Shown here piece after piece: positions 17,001-25,316 of a stretch of DNA of 30,038 nucleotides. This DNA comes from a virus (lineage: Duplodnaviria; Heunggongvirae; Uroviricota; Caudoviricetes), in IMG/VR virus record IMGVR_UViG_3300033077_000655. The stretch is one strand, 5' to 3'. The notes beneath the pieces were generated by a model, which worked only from the letters and a program-made list of their open reading frames with translations, was not told the origin of the DNA and made no database searches. Made by a program: the position numbers and the translations under genes. Each line of letters starts with the position of its first letter. Position 1 is the first letter of the stretch.

Positions 17001-20000
17001 GGGCAGCGAATCAATTTTCACGTATGCCCGGGGAATATCCTGCAGGTCAATCTGATACTTTGCGTAGATTCCCCAGCCAGGAAGCTGCCGAACAATTCCT
17101 AGCTCAGACTCGTGCAAGCATTCCAAGAATGCGAACAGATGCGGAAGTTCGTGAAATCCAACCAGCAACTGCACCAGCAGCTATGCAACCTGGTCAATAC
17201 CAATGGCAAATAACCGATGACAATGATCAAGTGGTGTATAGTTTTGTATCATCTACTGCTCAGCGAGATGCCAACGACGTTGCAAGAAACTGGATACAAT
17301 CACAACCACCTTCTATTAGAGCTCGTGGTCCGTTTAATGTGTGGCTGGCACGCTTGGGCGGGCAAGTTCCAGGCAGCACGGTAGATCTACAACGTCAACG
17401 CCAACGAGATGCAGCATCAGCAGCAGCCAGCATGGCAGCAGATGCAGCACCGTCAGCACGTCAGCTGCAACAGATGGCTATGAGCAACGTCACGAATCCT
17501 CCATATTATCCACCACCTACTCCAATTCCTGGTGTGCAAGATATTGATATAGATATCCCTATGGCACAAACACAGTGGGAAGTATACAATAGATCGTCCA
17601 ATCAACCAATATTTGTAATGCAGGCAGCAAATCAAGCAGAAGCATGGCGCAAAGGTCAAGAATGGGTTGCTGCTGCGCAGCAGGCAGATCCAACAGTGGA
17701 TGCTAGTAACTTCTCTGTAAGACCAAGTTCTCAACCAGTTGCTGAAAGTATCACTGTGCTAGAACAACGTCTACGTCAAGAACTAGATGCCTTGGGCAAT
17801 CAAGCACCAACTGGTCCCGAGTCTCCTCCCAAAATGCCTGCAGGCACAATCAAAGTGGATGTGAGTGACATGTACGACTGGTACAAACTGGGGCAACACA
17901 TATCCAATCTCAAAGGCGTGGACAAGAGAACACTAGGAACAGGACCCCCTAGCACTGTTTTTGCGTTTGGTTCTGAAGAGCTGGAAAACAAATACAGTCA
18001 CGAACTCATGAACCTAGGCTTGAAAACACATGACCTAGACGAGCCTGGTGAAGAAGATGTAGATGAAAGCCAAGAAATTACTAAACTTGGTAAACTAGAT
18101 TCAGTTCTAGAACGATGCATTAGCATGATATATCGTGGTCAAGAAACCAATCCTGAAAAGTATGGGCGTGTGGCTGCTTGTTTGATCGATGACAAAAACA
18201 ATCACACCTATGCTATCAACTTGCCCGGACCCAATGGAACACGCCGCCATGCTGAACGTGTGGCCATCGATACACATTTAAAACGCCATGGACGTATTGG
18301 TTCCAATGCCATTATGGTCACCACATTGAGTCCTTGTGTGAATCACATGGCCGAGCGAGATGGTGAAAGCTGCACTGAGTTGTTGAGTGATTATGGTATT
18401 GAGAAATGCTATGCTGGGTGGCAAGACCCCACACAGCAGCCTGCAACAGCATATCCATTCAATTTGCAGGTCACTGATAATGCAGACATTTTTAACACTT
18501 GTCAAAACATAGCAGCCAGTTTCCTACCACAAAACATGACCAACAATTTAGATGAAGCAATCAATCCAGATTGTTTTGATCCAGCATTCAATGACACGCA
18601 AATCTTTGACGGGTTGACTTATCGTGCCACAGTGGAAGAAGAATACGGCAAGCCAGTGCTCACAATCAAGGTTCTTGATGACAACTTTCAGCAAGTGGGT
18701 CTTTCCAAATTCAAACAAAGCAAAAAAGGTGTGGTATCGTTGATCACCAGCTTTCGCCCTGAATATCAAGGGCAAGGTATTGCACGTAACATCTATGCGT
18801 ATGTTAGAATGTTAGGCAACACCATTGTTCCGAGTAAAAATCAGTTGCCACCGGGCAAGGCCATGTGGGCAGCCTGGAAGAAGTCTGGCGATGCCAAACA
18901 TCTAATGAAAGATGTAGCCGAAGCAATCAATCCAGATGTACTTGACCCTAGATTTAATCATAAACAAAAGATTGGTGACTACACATACATCGCAGGATTA
19001 GAACCAGATGAATGGGCGGATGAAGATTTGTTTGTTATCAGATGTTATGACGGTGAGAAGATGATTGGGCAGGCTAGATTCTACACAACATTTGGTGATT
19101 CATTAGTGAGCGCACTGACTACTGTAGAGCCTGAATATCAAAAACAAGGTATTGCAAGTACAATGTATGCGTATGCTAGAATGTTAGGTAATACAATAGA
19201 ACCAAGTGCTTCACAGTTGCCATCTGGTAAAAAAATGTGGAAAGCATGGAAGAAGTCCGGTGATGCCAAACACCTGATGAAAGATGTAGCAGAAGAAGAG
19301 GAACCAACAAGAATCAAGATCAACAATAACGATGCCGCACGAGCATTCATTCAACGAGTTTATGCTCGGTATCCACACACCATGCAGAACAATCATGTGA
19401 TGGTGTGGGGGTCCGGTGACGATCAACAGTTTGCCATGTTTGAATTAATTCCTAGCTTTAGCAAGCGTGGTGCAGTTGAAGTTAAATGGATTCAAGCATA
19501 TCCCTTACGCCAAGGAGTTGGCACACGTGCCATGAAAGAACTACAAGCCATGGCCAGAGAAGATGGCATCAGCTTGACATTGTTTCCCTGGGACAAAGGA
19601 CAAGTGAGTCAGAGCAAACTGACCAAGTTCTATCGTGGACAAGGATTTAAGCCTACTGTTAAAGGTGGTAAAGCAATGCAGTGGGAGCCTATATCTGAAC
19701 GCAAACAATATCCACTAGAAGATTTTGAAGGATTAAAATTCAGAATAGTTGCCGACAGCGGTCAACTGTTTGTGAATGCTCTTGATTCAACCGGAAACAA
19801 TGAGCTAGGCCATGTTACATTCAATATTGACGATAGTAATGGCGTGGATCCACAGGACTTGTTTATCAAAGACAAATTTCGAGGTCAAGGTATTGCCAAA
19901 ATAATGTATGATTTTGTCAAAAGCAAAGGTTACAAAATACAACGAAGTTGGGATCAAACCGATGCAGGTGCAGGTTTTTGGAACAAGCACAAAGGCGACG

Positions 20001-20377
20001 ATGTCCGTGTGTGGGAACAAAAAAATGTAGCCGAAGCAAGGCCTGAGCATCCTACCCATGAGTTTGAAACTGCGTACCATATTACCAGTACTGAAAATGC
20101 AGAAGAAATTCTATATGCTGGTCTAGATCCGTATGATGGCAAAGCATTCATGGTAGTAAACGAAGGTGATAAGGTCAAGCTACAAAGAGAACTAAGTACG
20201 GTTGGTAATTGGATGTACGCCAAGACAGAAGGCAGCGATGATCCATTGACATTGTTGCAAATTGATGTGTCAGGTATTCCATTAACATACGAACACGGAT
20301 GGTACTTTTCCACAACCAAAATCTCTCCTGATCGCATAACGGATTTGGGTGTAAAAGAACTAGCAAGGTATGTATAA
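14099..20377 (+). CDS. 2092-aa polyvalent protein: Pol-beta-type nucleotidyltransferase, HExxH metallopeptidase, amidoligase, Zn-deaminase, four GNATs, ART-like domain
   Basis: GSNAAYSYTPHSDIDLH (~14291); AHEMTH (15134-15148); GMEFE/GLEFVSP/STGLHIN/HIEFRS (~15557-16657); HAE...SPC...C (18248-~18372); four R/QxxGxG/A motifs (18554-~20030); AYHIT...ILYAGL (~20070). Confidence 0.85.
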   Translation: MNFHDLDNYNLADAVKFHQRLNPRLWGRDEHLLPEVRDKLLAIAADFQEFLGVDDLNTRDITISGSNAAYSYTPHSDIDLHLVVDMPDDPVYQELFAAKKFQYNQEHDIKIAGVPVELYVQPSDQKHVSQGIYSVKNGDWTQVPQRRRASVDDSCVQHKTADLDARIHSAIKSGDADAVNQLWDKIKNMRQTGLEKNGEFGCENITFKLLRNMGCIGQLKDAKTAIQDRELSLARKPAPRKKMNYGMRDYWYPGTAYAGQDHPAGTESEQVDESADPDHLKKILHRFYASCVDKLQLKNPPRLQLETTTDWSQENGSFGQYDSDSNTLILATSGRHVLDILRTMAHEMTHRQQDERNPLPIDAGETGSPWEDQANAMAGRIMRDWAQEQPDMFDGVTLEEASGYIPTKKQARDPRFVMALTRDVRPGAVGKEANKLGLQTDSQGHPALLTAGLNRLLREFKEQDLFEINMGGKNLRKEAAKTGALAGMEFEMIVPDTSSEDQELEPDFDMDESASSASDIRDFFYDGDYNSRRSTQDMIDQIMDDYSNWQVEQFDTRWDLDAEEFIFQYIKDNIDDDDVRQMLDLEEEDPIGRQEYLLVADMIATEQMEPWYEDAKNDASDSFYEDDRFEDFLQDNNMEHMSDIYHRYDGIIHWPHYTSGGGDTSVEDVADSFSAAVGRPAQARSDYHAYGQERPGPGKNFYVVEPDGSLQPDDTNDSGLEFVSPPLPIDDIMSDLKKVKAWADKTGCYTNDSTGLHINISVPNYSQDQLDYVKLALLMGDEYVLNNFGRAGNTYAKSAMGKIKGKVTPENAKQILDKMKSGLDQLATKAIHSGYTDKYTSINTKDGHIEFRSPGGDWLDDNFDKIENTLMRFTVAMSAALNPEAYRQEYLKKLYKMLAPKGENDPLAIFAKYSAGELPKAALKSFVRQAQLERGNKAAKQAELDVMQKELTPAPEESNQGNWGIWLGAANQFSRMPGEYPAGQSDTLRRFPSQEAAEQFLAQTRASIPRMRTDAEVREIQPATAPAAMQPGQYQWQITDDNDQVVYSFVSSTAQRDANDVARNWIQSQPPSIRARGPFNVWLARLGGQVPGSTVDLQRQRQRDAASAAASMAADAAPSARQLQQMAMSNVTNPPYYPPPTPIPGVQDIDIDIPMAQTQWEVYNRSSNQPIFVMQAANQAEAWRKGQEWVAAAQQADPTVDASNFSVRPSSQPVAESITVLEQRLRQELDALGNQAPTGPESPPKMPAGTIKVDVSDMYDWYKLGQHISNLKGVDKRTLGTGPPSTVFAFGSEELENKYSHELMNLGLKTHDLDEPGEEDVDESQEITKLGKLDSVLERCISMIYRGQETNPEKYGRVAACLIDDKNNHTYAINLPGPNGTRRHAERVAIDTHLKRHGRIGSNAIMVTTLSPCVNHMAERDGESCTELLSDYGIEKCYAGWQDPTQQPATAYPFNLQVTDNADIFNTCQNIAASFLPQNMTNNLDEAINPDCFDPAFNDTQIFDGLTYRATVEEEYGKPVLTIKVLDDNFQQVGLSKFKQSKKGVVSLITSFRPEYQGQGIARNIYAYVRMLGNTIVPSKNQLPPGKAMWAAWKKSGDAKHLMKDVAEAINPDVLDPRFNHKQKIGDYTYIAGLEPDEWADEDLFVIRCYDGEKMIGQARFYTTFGDSLVSALTTVEPEYQKQGIASTMYAYARMLGNTIEPSASQLPSGKKMWKAWKKSGDAKHLMKDVAEEEEPTRIKINNNDAARAFIQRVYARYPHTMQNNHVMVWGSGDDQQFAMFELIPSFSKRGAVEVKWIQAYPLRQGVGTRAMKELQAMAREDGISLTLFPWDKGQVSQSKLTKFYRGQGFKPTVKGGKAMQWEPISERKQYPLEDFEGLKFRIVADSGQLFVNALDSTGNNELGHVTFNIDDSNGVDPQDLFIKDKFRGQGIAKIMYDFVKSKGYKIQRSWDQTDAGAGFWNKHKGDDVRVWEQKNVAEARPEHPTHEFETAYHITSTENAEEILYAGLDPYDGKAFMVVNEGDKVKLQRELSTVGNWMYAKTEGSDDPLTLLQIDVSGIPLTYEHGWYFSTTKISPDRITDLGVKELARYV
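18554..19291 (+). repeat. Tandem intragenic duplication of a ~122-124-aa GNAT module
   Basis: Both units begin GAAGCAATCAATCCAGA (18554, 18920) and end WKKSGDAKHLMKDVAE; both contain YAY.RMLGNTI.PS..QLP.GK.MW. Confidence 0.85.
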
Positions 20378-21171
20378 TGAGAGCAAATGAATTTGAAGGC
20401 ATTGAAAAACTTCCAGCCGGTGAATATCGTGGTGGAAAAAGTTCATTATTTGTACCTACAAAATTTAAACCTGATTCTATACAGAAGTTGCCGGGCGGCA
20501 GCGGATTTGTATATACTATAGGGCCTGGGCAGTATGGTACAAATATAGAAATTTGGGATCCTAAGGGATCGGACTATATTAATGCAATAACACCGCCGGT
20601 TAGAAAACCTCGAGAGTCTGATGGTGCTTTTAAAGAACGAGTTCAATGGTGGGAATATGCCACTAGACGAGCATTAAATGCTCCAGGCCAATTGATTGGT
20701 AAACTTTCAATTACACCCGCAGATACAAGGATAGGCCAATTTCCGTTAGCCAATGCAGTGAGAGTTGATACTATCACAGTAGACGAGGATTATCGTGGCC
20801 GGGGCATTGCTAAAGCATTATACGGTATTGTATTAACTATTATGCAAGTGCCATTGGTAGCCGGCAATACGCAAACTCCTGGTGGACGTAGAAATTGGGT
20901 TAGCCTTGCTAGTATACCCGGCGTTGAGATAAAAGGGTATGTTGGGTTAGAAACTTATGATCTAAATTCTCGTAATATTGATACAGTCATGGGTCAATTG
21001 GGTGGTGAACATCTTGGCCGAGCCAAAGATGGAGACGCGTTTTTTACATTTGATGTACAACCTAGCACAACTGGACAAGAATTAGAAGCTTATGTCAAAA
21101 CTTATTTGCGTAAAATATACGGCAAAGGCCAATACAATTCTGGCCTGTATGCAACCTGGAGTGGCACATGA
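20377..21171 (+). CDS. GNAT acetyltransferase-domain protein with N-terminal MRANEF tag
   Basis: VDTITVDEDYRGRGIAKALY (motif A) and GNTQTPGGRRNW; TAATG coupling. Confidence 0.75.
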   Translation: MRANEFEGIEKLPAGEYRGGKSSLFVPTKFKPDSIQKLPGGSGFVYTIGPGQYGTNIEIWDPKGSDYINAITPPVRKPRESDGAFKERVQWWEYATRRALNAPGQLIGKLSITPADTRIGQFPLANAVRVDTITVDEDYRGRGIAKALYGIVLTIMQVPLVAGNTQTPGGRRNWVSLASIPGVEIKGYVGLETYDLNSRNIDTVMGQLGGEHLGRAKDGDAFFTFDVQPSTTGQELEAYVKTYLRKIYGKGQYNSGLYATWSGT

Positions 21172-22082
21172 GAGCAACGGAATTCTTAATTGAAAGAGCA
21201 ACTGATATATTGTTTCATTACACTGGTATCAGAGCCGGATTGAAGATACTGCAATCAGGTAACTTTGAACTGGCCAGCGTGACTGGTACCCGCAGTGAAG
21301 AACAATACGCACCGCCAGGCTATCCGTACTTTCTCAGTCTAACACGAACCATAACTGGTGACTATCATCGCTGGGTGGGATCAGGTGCTGTGATGTTCAA
21401 ACTCAATGGTGACTGGTTTAACTCTCGCTATATTGTAAAACCCATTGACTATTGGGAACGTGCATGGTTGCACAGCAATGGCACAAGAACAAGAGAATCA
21501 GAAGATCGTGTGTTCAGCAAAGACCCTACTATCCCAATCACTCCTGTGACTGAAGTTCATGTGTTGCTGAAAGAACAAAATGAATATCGCAGTCCAGAAA
21601 CACGACAGATTTTAATCACAGCCAAACAGCAAGGCTTGCCTGTGTTTTTTTACACAGACGAAGCTGCATGGCGATTGTTGGACAAGCGCAAGGCACAGAA
21701 ACCTGCACAAGCTCGTGAAGTGCTGCGTGGTCCGCAACCTGCTGGAAATTCTCGCAAGTCCACAGACTATGTGAAGCCTTGGATAGAGTTGATTACCAAG
21801 AACGACGAAGCACATCTAAGTGAACGAGCCAAACGTGCATTAAGGACCATGCGGTACTATGGTAATGCGTACGAGGATCAAAATCTCAGTGTGGATCTCA
21901 GCAATGCTCGCAAGCCGGATTCCGGAGACCGTGCCAGTGCAGTTTGGATAATTAAGTACATGCAGGACAATAATTTTAAATCCACACTGGAATTGAAGAA
22001 TGCCATCTCAGACAAATGGGAAGCCATCTACAAAGCCAAGCAACCGGTTGCAAAACCTGTAACACCGGGTGAACCTGTATGA
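21168..22082 (+). CDS. Putative ADP-ribosyltransferase-fold protein with MRATEFLIE tag
   Basis: LFHYT...LKIL, FLSLTR and RESEDR follow the H/R...S...ExE order of ART folds (inference). Confidence 0.5.
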   Translation: MRATEFLIERATDILFHYTGIRAGLKILQSGNFELASVTGTRSEEQYAPPGYPYFLSLTRTITGDYHRWVGSGAVMFKLNGDWFNSRYIVKPIDYWERAWLHSNGTRTRESEDRVFSKDPTIPITPVTEVHVLLKEQNEYRSPETRQILITAKQQGLPVFFYTDEAAWRLLDKRKAQKPAQAREVLRGPQPAGNSRKSTDYVKPWIELITKNDEAHLSERAKRALRTMRYYGNAYEDQNLSVDLSNARKPDSGDRASAVWIIKYMQDNNFKSTLELKNAISDKWEAIYKAKQPVAKPVTPGEPV

Positions 22083-22273
22083 GAGCCGCAGAATTTGTAA
22101 TCGATGAAAACTTTGCTGACGGTCGGAATCCCCAAGACAAGGGCGATAGCAAGCGGCATGGCATTCCAAAACATACCACATTGTCACAGTTAGATAAGAT
22201 AGGCCATGGATCGGGGCGTAAAGCACAGTTAGCCAGATGGCAGGCGAATATGAGACGAGGTCGTGCTAAATAA
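22079..22273 (+). CDS. Small basic protein with MRAAEFVIDE tag
   Basis: ATGA coupling; R/K-rich after the tag. Confidence 0.75.
   Translation: MRAAEFVIDENFADGRNPQDKGDSKRHGIPKHTTLSQLDKIGHGSGRKAQLARWQANMRRGRAK
22267..22272 (+). promoter_or_regulatory. TAAATA late-promoter-like box for the homing endonuclease
   Basis: Overlaps the last codon and stop of the upstream gene; 8 nt before ATG 22281. Confidence 0.55.
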
Positions 22274-22280
22274 TGCTATC

Positions 22281-22856
22281 ATGGCACAAGTTTACCTCAT
22301 CACAAATACTTTGAACAACAAACAATACATCGGTGTAACTAATAATTCATTACAAGAGAGATGGAAAAGCCATTTGTATGATAACAATGTTATCAGCAAA
22401 GCAATCAAAAAATATGGCAAGGAACATTTTTCTATAGAAGCAATACACGAGTGCGACACAATGGATGAAGCATACCTCCTTGAACCCAAATTCATCATTG
22501 AGCATAATACCAAATACCCAAACGGATACAATGTATCATCGGGTGGCAAAGGATCTCAAGTTGGCAAAAGAAAACCAACCCCTGAACATGTCAAACAGAA
22601 AATAAGAGAATCTATAAAGAAAAATCATTATTGGAATAACTTATCTGAGGAACAAAAAGAGAAATGTAGAGAAAGTTGGAGAGCAAACAATCAATCTCGC
22701 ATAGGACAAAAACGCGGTTCGTATAATAGTGGATTGTTCAAAAAAACTGTGTGGATCAACAACGGCAAACAAAGAAAAAGAGTTCCTGAGTCCAACATAA
22801 ACGATTGGGTATCAAACGGCTGGATGCGCGGGCACAAGAACGGAATCTCAAAATGA
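22281..22856 (+). mobile_element. Free-standing GIY-YIG homing endonuclease gene (Seg-like) with a NUMOD-type basic C-terminus
   Basis: VYLITN...QYIGVT, ERW..H, LLEPKFI, GYN...GG, KRKPTPEHVKQKIRES (NUMOD3-like), VWINNGK...GWMRG. Start set to ATG 22281. Confidence 0.85.
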
Positions 22857-23386
22857 AACTTTTAGAATTCAGTCCTCTCACACTTCACGGTAGTTTTGAA
22901 CGTGGACTGATCTTGAACAAACTGTGGCTGATCCACGAACTTCAAAAGATTCAAGATCAGTTCAGCACAATTTACATCCTGGGTGCATGGTACGGAAACA
23001 TGAGCATACTGTTGTCCAAGAGTGGAATTGAATACAATCACATTGTGAATGTAGATCAAGATGTCAGTGTAAACCGTGAGTCAAAGCGCATAGGCCGCAT
23101 GTTGAATATTGATAACATTGAATATATGGCCAAGGACGCTAATCGTTTGAACTATCAGCAACTGGATAAAGATGGACTAGTAATCAATACCAGCTGTCAT
23201 GACATGGAAAATCGCGGCTGGTTTGATCACATACCTGCAGGAGTCATGGTAGCACTGCAAAGCAGAGATGATGTGGATGATGATCTCGACAATTATGATC
23301 TCGGGCAAACACTTTATCAAGGATCAAGATCAGCTCGAGATCCCGAAACACACTATCAAAGTCTATTACGCATTGGGGTTAAATAA
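22853..23386 (+). CDS. Putative class I SAM-dependent methyltransferase-fold protein (MKLLEF start)
   Basis: Start re-assigned to ATG 22853 (ATGA overlap). IYILGAWYG motif I, VNVDQD motif II, VINTSC. Confidence 0.55.
   Translation: MKLLEFSPLTLHGSFERGLILNKLWLIHELQKIQDQFSTIYILGAWYGNMSILLSKSGIEYNHIVNVDQDVSVNRESKRIGRMLNIDNIEYMAKDANRLNYQQLDKDGLVINTSCHDMENRGWFDHIPAGVMVALQSRDDVDDDLDNYDLGQTLYQGSRSARDPETHYQSLLRIGVK
23380..23385 (+). promoter_or_regulatory. TAAATA late-promoter-like box
   Basis: 5 nt before ATG 23391; overlaps the upstream stop. Confidence 0.6.
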
Positions 23387-23390
23387 GCAT

Positions 23391-23819
23391 ATGAGAAACT
23401 TTATCAGACTTGTTGAAGCAATGGAAAAAGGTTGCCCGGTGGCCACACATGACATTGAACTCAATCTCAAGAATCGTCAAGCAGCCATTGACAATTATCA
23501 CTATGGTCCAGCAAATCCGTTAGAGCCAGGTGACTATTGGAAAAAGGCTGCTGACCGTTGGGCTGTGCCAGAAAAAATAGTCAAGACCATGAAATGTGGC
23601 AACTGTGCTGCGTTTGATGCCAGTGATTCAATGCGAAAGTGTATTGAGTCCGGAATCCGAGGTGATGAATCACATGCAGATGCTGCTGCCACAATAAATC
23701 TCAGTGACCTGGGCTACTGTAACTTCTTGCACTTCAAATGTGCCGGTACCAGGACCTGTGCGGCCTGGGTAGTGGGTGGACCTATTACTGAAAAAGATCG
23801 CGGAAAGAAGGTGATGTAA
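23391..23819 (+). CDS. Cys-rich hypothetical protein (MRNFIRLVE start)
   Basis: Start re-assigned to ATG 23391 after the TAAATA box. CGNC...C...GYC...HFKC...TC pattern. Confidence 0.75.
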   Translation: MRNFIRLVEAMEKGCPVATHDIELNLKNRQAAIDNYHYGPANPLEPGDYWKKAADRWAVPEKIVKTMKCGNCAAFDASDSMRKCIESGIRGDESHADAAATINLSDLGYCNFLHFKCAGTRTCAAWVVGGPITEKDRGKKVM

Positions 23820-24521
23820 ATGAAATCAAGTGAATTCATAACAGAACACCAGCAGCAGTTGGAAGAAAATCTACACCAGTGGTTCAAAGACAAATGGGTG
23901 AGATTTGGGCCCGACGGTAAGATTCGCGGTGACTGTGCTCGTGGAAGTGAATCTGAAGGCAAGCCCAAGTGTTTGCCACAGGCCAAGGCTCATGCACTGG
24001 GCAAGAAAGGGCGGGCGTCAGCAGCAGCAAGAAAGCGCAGACAGGATCCCGATGCTGATCGACGCGGTTCTGCCATCAATGTGGCCACTAAGAAAAAAAC
24101 AAACGAACAACGTTGTCCGCATTGTGGTGGCCCACTGATGGAATACGATGATCTGATGGAAAAGAAAGATGCCTGCTACTACAAAGTCAAGGCTAGTGCA
24201 AAAGTATGGCCTAGTGCTTATGCATCGGGGCGGTTGGTTCAGTGTCGTAAAAAAGGTGCAGGCAACTATGGCAACAAGTCAGAAAGTGCTGTGACTGAGT
24301 CCAACACATTATCGCCAGGTGCTGTGAGAAAGATACAACAGGTGCTGAACAAAAAATACAATGCCAATCTAGATGTGGATGGTGTGCTAGGCACCCTTAC
24401 TCGCCAATCTATTGAAAAATACATGCCATCAGCACATCAACAACCGGCGCCAGATTCCGATCGCACTACTCGTGTGCAAGGATTCAATGCCAAAGACAAT
24501 GATCACAGAAAGGTGAACTAA
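23820..24521 (+). CDS. Modular basic protein with MKSSEFITE tag and a C-terminal peptidoglycan-binding-like motif
   Basis: Basic Cys-containing modules separated by E-containing linkers; VRKIQQVL...LDVDGVLGTLTRQSI resembles PG_binding_1. Confidence 0.75.
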   Translation: MKSSEFITEHQQQLEENLHQWFKDKWVRFGPDGKIRGDCARGSESEGKPKCLPQAKAHALGKKGRASAAARKRRQDPDADRRGSAINVATKKKTNEQRCPHCGGPLMEYDDLMEKKDACYYKVKASAKVWPSAYASGRLVQCRKKGAGNYGNKSESAVTESNTLSPGAVRKIQQVLNKKYNANLDVDGVLGTLTRQSIEKYMPSAHQQPAPDSDRTTRVQGFNAKDNDHRKVN

Positions 24522-25316
24522 ATGAAATCAAGTGAATTTATAACTGAAAGCATGCGACGCTTGGAAGAAAAGTGGAGTCAAAAATACAAAAGCAGTATCA
24601 ACTGCTCTCATCCAAAAGGCTTTAGTCAACGTGCTCATTGTGCCGGTAAAAAGAAACACAACGAATCAGTTGAGATGGAAATGGTGTGTGAAATGTGTGG
24701 CATGTGTGAAACACACGGCAACATCATGGAAATCAAGACAGGTGCCACGGACTCAAATGGTGTGACCAAATGCTGGCCGAACAAACATGCAGAAGGCACA
24801 AAGAAGTCAGCTGTAACTGGCAAGCAGGTAAGAAACTGTGTGCCCAATGAAAGCATCGACGAAGCAGGATCACCGGCACAACAAGCAGCCATTGCTATTG
24901 CTATGAAAAAAGCCGGCAAGAAACCCAAAAGTTTAGACGAACAGTTTGACATGATTGAAGAAATGGTCGAACAACTGGCTGAAGCACATGGTGTTGATTC
25001 AGAACAAATTTGGGAAGATTTTGAAGCTGTGGATGATCATGAACTGTTGGAAACAGCAGCGTGGCGACGAAGTGCAGGCAAGAGCAAAAAAGGCGGGCTC
25101 AATGCCAAAGGTGTGGCCAGTTACCGGAGAGAGAATCCCGGCTCAAAATTACAGATGGCTGTGACCACCAAGCCCTCAAAACTCAAGCCTGGATCAAAAG
25201 CAGCCAAGCGTCGTAAAAGTTTCTGTGCCAGGATGGGAGGAGTCAAGGGCCCAATGAAGAAGCCCAATGGCAAACCCACACGCAAGGCATTAGCGTTGAG
25301 GAAATGGAACTGCTAA
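24522..25316 (+). CDS. Modular basic protein with MKSSEFITE tag
   Basis: Modules KWSQKYKSSINC..HC, CWP...NCVP, an acidic helix, and AAWRRSAGK...SFCARMGG...LRKWNC, separated by [ILV]-x-E linkers. Confidence 0.8.
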   Translation: MKSSEFITESMRRLEEKWSQKYKSSINCSHPKGFSQRAHCAGKKKHNESVEMEMVCEMCGMCETHGNIMEIKTGATDSNGVTKCWPNKHAEGTKKSAVTGKQVRNCVPNESIDEAGSPAQQAAIAIAMKKAGKKPKSLDEQFDMIEEMVEQLAEAHGVDSEQIWEDFEAVDDHELLETAAWRRSAGKSKKGGLNAKGVASYRRENPGSKLQMAVTTKPSKLKPGSKAAKRRKSFCARMGGVKGPMKKPNGKPTRKALALRKWNC

